Below are positions 61,147 to 64,000 of a stretch of DNA of 64,000 bases, one piece after another. This DNA comes from an uncultured delta proteobacterium (GTDB lineage Bacteria; Myxococcota; Myxococcia; Myxococcales; Myxococcaceae), in the NCBI GenBank assembly GCA_963796055.1, contig CAWCKH010000004.1:704001-768000 (forward strand), given 5' to 3'. Below the pieces are notes generated by a model, which worked only from the letters and a program-made list of their open reading frames with translations, was not told the origin of the DNA and did not search any database. The stretch's first letter is position 1. Every line of letters begins with the position of its first letter. Made by a program: the position numbers and the translations under genes.

Positions 61147-61806
61147 CTACTCGGTCGAGGGGGGGCGGGCGAGCAGCAGCTTCCCGCAGCTCGGGTTGAT
61201 GCTGGCGTTCGCGCAATAGACGGCGTCGACGGTCCCGTTCAGCGTCCCCCCCGTTCCGCCATCGAAGGTGAGGTTGCTGTAGGTCGCCTTGAGGTGGGTT
61301 CCGGTCGTGGTACCCATCTGGGTGATGGTGATGGTTCCCCCGGTGGGCACGTGCGCCTCACCGCCTCCGTTGCAGTCAGTCGGCAGGGCGAAGGCTCCGT
61401 CCCACCACAGGCCTGCGCTCGGAACGCCCGAGGTGAGGCTGAACCAGTCATAGTTGCCAGCTACGACGTTCGCTGGAGGGATCGTGAGGTTCACGACCGC
61501 GACCCCGAGCACGGTCACCGTGCCACCCGGAAACGTGGTTCCACCCAGGAGCGTGCAGAGGTTCGCCTGGTCGGAGGCGATGATCGCCATGATCGAGGAG
61601 TTCGGATTGCCGAAGACCGCGTCCTTGACGGTGAGCGAGTGGCCGTTCACGGTTCCGGAAAAGCTCCCCGTCCCCGGGGGCGGTCCGGAGTCTGGCGTGC
61701 CGCCGTCGGTCCCCGCGGGCGGTCCGGAGTCTGGCGTGCCGTTGTTGTTGTTGTCACTGCTCCCGCACGCACAGGCGAGCAGGCCCAGCACCATCCAGTG
61801 CCTCAT
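61147..61806 (-). CDS. putative lipoprotein with duplicated GTPDSGPP linker
   Basis: Lipobox ACACG; 25-bp direct repeat at 61678-61702 and 61717-61741. Confidence 0.75.
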   Translation of the reverse strand: MRHWMVLGLLACACGSSDNNNNGTPDSGPPAGTDGGTPDSGPPPGTGSFSGTVNGHSLTVKDAVFGNPNSSIMAIIASDQANLCTLLGGTTFPGGTVTVLGVAVVNLTIPPANVVAGNYDWFSLTSGVPSAGLWWDGAFALPTDCNGGGEAHVPTGGTITITQMGTTTGTHLKATYSNLTFDGGTGGTLNGTVDAVYCANASINPSCGKLLLARPPSTE

Positions 61807-61835
61807 GTTCCCCTCCCAGCGTGTCGGAGGACGAC

Positions 61836-62834
61836 TCAGTCCTCGCGCTTCGGAGCCCGCGTCATCAGCTCCACCACCGCCCGGCGCGGGCTCTTCCCCT
61901 CGTACATGATGGCATGGACCTGGTCGCAGATGGGGAGCTCCACGCCGACTTTCCGCGACAGGTCGCGGGCGCTCCGGGCGGTCTTCACCCCTTCGGCGAC
62001 CTGCGTCATCCCGGCCAGGATCTCCGGCAGCGAACGCCCCTGGCCGAGCTCGATGCCCACCCGCCGGTTGCGGGACAGGTCGCCGGTGCAGGTGAGCACC
62101 AGGTCCCCCAGCCCGGATAGCCCCATCAGGGTCAGGGGATTGGCGCCCATGGCCACCGCGATGCGGCTGATCTCCGCCAGCCCACGGGTGATCAGCGCGC
62201 TGCGGGCGTTCATACCGAAGCCCAGGCCGTCGGAGATGCCGGCAGCGATGGCGATGACGTTCTTCAGGGCCCCGCCCATCTCCACCCCGATGACGTCCAC
62301 GGAGGTGTACGTCCGGAACGACTCGGTCTGCAGCGCCGCCTGGATCCTCTGGGCGACCTTCTCGAAGTGGGAGGCAATGGTCACCACCGTGGGCATGCCC
62401 GCCGCCATCTCCTTGGCGAACGAGGGGCCGGAGAGGATGGCGATGGAGGGGTGGTACTGCTCAGGGAGGCAATCCTCGAGCAGCTGGGTCATCGTCATCA
62501 GGGTCTCGTTCTCGATCCCCTTGGCGACGGTGAGCAGCGGGACGTGCTCGGGCAGATGCGGAAGGGCCTTCTTCACCACCTCGCGCGTGGCGTGCGAGGG
62601 CGTGGCGAAGACCACCAGCTCGGCTCCGGAGAGCGCCTCTTCCAGCGAAAGCGTGGCGCGGACCCGCGGCGAGACGGCGATGCCCGGGAGATAGGCCCGG
62701 TTCTCGCGGGCGCCGTTGATGGAGTCGACGACCGAGGACTCACGCGCCCAGGCCAGGACGTCGTCGCACCGGCTGGCGAGGGTGTTGGCCAGCGCCGTCC
62801 CGAAGGCTCCGAGGCCGATGACCGAGGCACGCAT
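61836..62834 (-). CDS. gpsA: NAD(P)H-dependent glycerol-3-phosphate dehydrogenase
   Basis: GLGAFGTALA, KGIE, LSGPSFA, GALKNVIAIAAG, GLGDLVLTC..SRN. Confidence 0.97.
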   Translation of the reverse strand: MRASVIGLGAFGTALANTLASRCDDVLAWARESSVVDSINGARENRAYLPGIAVSPRVRATLSLEEALSGAELVVFATPSHATREVVKKALPHLPEHVPLLTVAKGIENETLMTMTQLLEDCLPEQYHPSIAILSGPSFAKEMAAGMPTVVTIASHFEKVAQRIQAALQTESFRTYTSVDVIGVEMGGALKNVIAIAAGISDGLGFGMNARSALITRGLAEISRIAVAMGANPLTLMGLSGLGDLVLTCTGDLSRNRRVGIELGQGRSLPEILAGMTQVAEGVKTARSARDLSRKVGVELPICDQVHAIMYEGKSPRRAVVELMTRAPKRED

Positions 62835-62909
62835 GACAGGCCGCTCCCGTGGGAAGAGGCCCGGCACTCTACGTCATCACCACGGGCGTTTCCCCTGGCC
62901 GGAGCCCAC

Positions 62910-63998
62910 TCACGGAGGCGCGGGCATCATGTTCTCGAACAGGTACGTCTCGTCGTTGTAGTCGTAGTTGGAGAAGAAGTCCTGGGGACGTCCGGGCGTC
63001 GCAGACCGGTGCATGTCCACGCTGACGAGCCACGCATTCGGGACCACGTTGCCACTTGCGTCCTTCAGCGGCCAGAACCTCATCCGGTGTCCACACACCT
63101 GCCCGGGCTTGCAGCCAGGATCGATGTCCAGGGGCCCGAGCAGCGACTCGTCGCTGAACTCGGCCTCGATGTGGAACCCGAACTGCTTGTCTTTCGGATC
63201 GAAGGAGCCTGCGGCGGGCAGCCCCGGGTCTGTCGCCGGCTGGGGCACGTTCCTGTACTTTCGCGGAAGGAGCCGCTGGATGTCCTCCACGGCCCCGTCC
63301 AGGATTTTACTGTCGTCCGAGGCCCCTGTCCTGCCCTTCGGGAACCAGAACGCAAAGCTCCCGTAAGATTTGGCGTTCGGATCACCGCAGTCGAAGCCAC
63401 TGTGGAACGCGTTCAGCAATCTCGCGGTGACCGGCCTCGAGGGATCGGCCTTGACCCAGTAAGCGCTGAGCACTTCCTCGCCGACCGCGATGCGCTGCTC
63501 TCCCACGTCGATCAGCTGCTGCTTGGTCCCGACCACGGTCATGTAGCCGTACAGGCCGTTGACGACCTCGTCCAGGTCCGGCTCGGTGGAGATCTGAGGG
63601 AAGAACGTGTTCTGCGGCACATCCTGCCGGAACCCGGCCAGTGCGACGGTCCGCGTCGCTGCGGTCGGGTCGTCGGAGTGGATGGTGAGGGTCCCGTTGT
63701 GGACCCGGCCATCGGTGGCGACGAAATTCACCGTGATGTCCAGCGACACGCCCGGCGCCAGCGCCGCGGGCAGTGGGGTGGACGGCGTGGCGGTGAACGC
63801 GTCCGACATGTCGACCGAGCTGACCGTCACCGTTCCTCCGGAGAGATTCCGGATCGTCAATGTCCCGGTGTCCTTCACGACGAGCGGTCCCCAGCAGGGG
63901 GCGATGGTGGTGATGACGCTGAACACCATCCGGTCGTTCGAAGGCACTCCGTCCTGGTTGATGAGCTTGAGCGCACCTCCTCCCGAGCCGGCCGGTAC
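62910..63998 (-). CDS. 3' part of a probably secreted protein with an Ig-like (choice-of-anchor D/ASH-type) domain; 5' end outside the window
   Basis: Frame open to the window edge; LTIRNLSGG.VTVSSV..LAPG.S..ITVNF..GTLTIHSDDP. Confidence 0.7.
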   Translation of the reverse strand, partial: VPAGSGGGALKLINQDGVPSNDRMVFSVITTIAPCWGPLVVKDTGTLTIRNLSGGTVTVSSVDMSDAFTATPSTPLPAALAPGVSLDITVNFVATDGRVHNGTLTIHSDDPTAATRTVALAGFRQDVPQNTFFPQISTEPDLDEVVNGLYGYMTVVGTKQQLIDVGEQRIAVGEEVLSAYWVKADPSRPVTARLLNAFHSGFDCGDPNAKSYGSFAFWFPKGRTGASDDSKILDGAVEDIQRLLPRKYRNVPQPATDPGLPAAGSFDPKDKQFGFHIEAEFSDESLLGPLDIDPGCKPGQVCGHRMRFWPLKDASGNVVPNAWLVSVDMHRSATPGRPQDFFSNYDYNDETYLFENMMPAPP

Positions 63999-64000
63999 GA

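Overview
A very GC-rich, gene-dense bacterial chromosomal segment, most consistent with a myxobacterium (MYXO-CTERM-like tail, DUF1552/DUF1592-type pair, Cys- and DGG/DAG-rich lipoproteins). Housekeeping and metabolic genes: glmU-glmS, ggt, acnA, msrB, hflX, gpsA, a molybdate ABC operon and a glycolate operon (permease-aceB-glcDEF, with glcE frameshifted). Signalling genes: a hybrid PAS/GAF kinase, a diguanylate cyclase, a lone receiver, two ECF sigma factors and a PafBC-like WYL pair. The most unusual locus is 873-6859. There, a ~1840-aa secreted fusion (sugar-dehydrogenase-like propeller, PKD, TSP3, gingipain-like C25 peptidase, MYXO-CTERM-like anchor) is translationally coupled to a small PqqD/RRE-like protein carrying an internal twin-arginine signal and a C-terminal six-cysteine knottin-pattern peptide. 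This is a candidate undescribed peptide export and processing system. Other notable non-coding structure: a 42-bp palindromic element duplicated in the molybdate locus, back-to-back ECF-type promoters built on a perfect inverted repeat, a 4 x 83-bp non-coding tandem repeat and several gene remnants. I saw no rRNA, tRNA, CRISPR array or transposase. All family assignments come from motif recognition by eye, not database searches.
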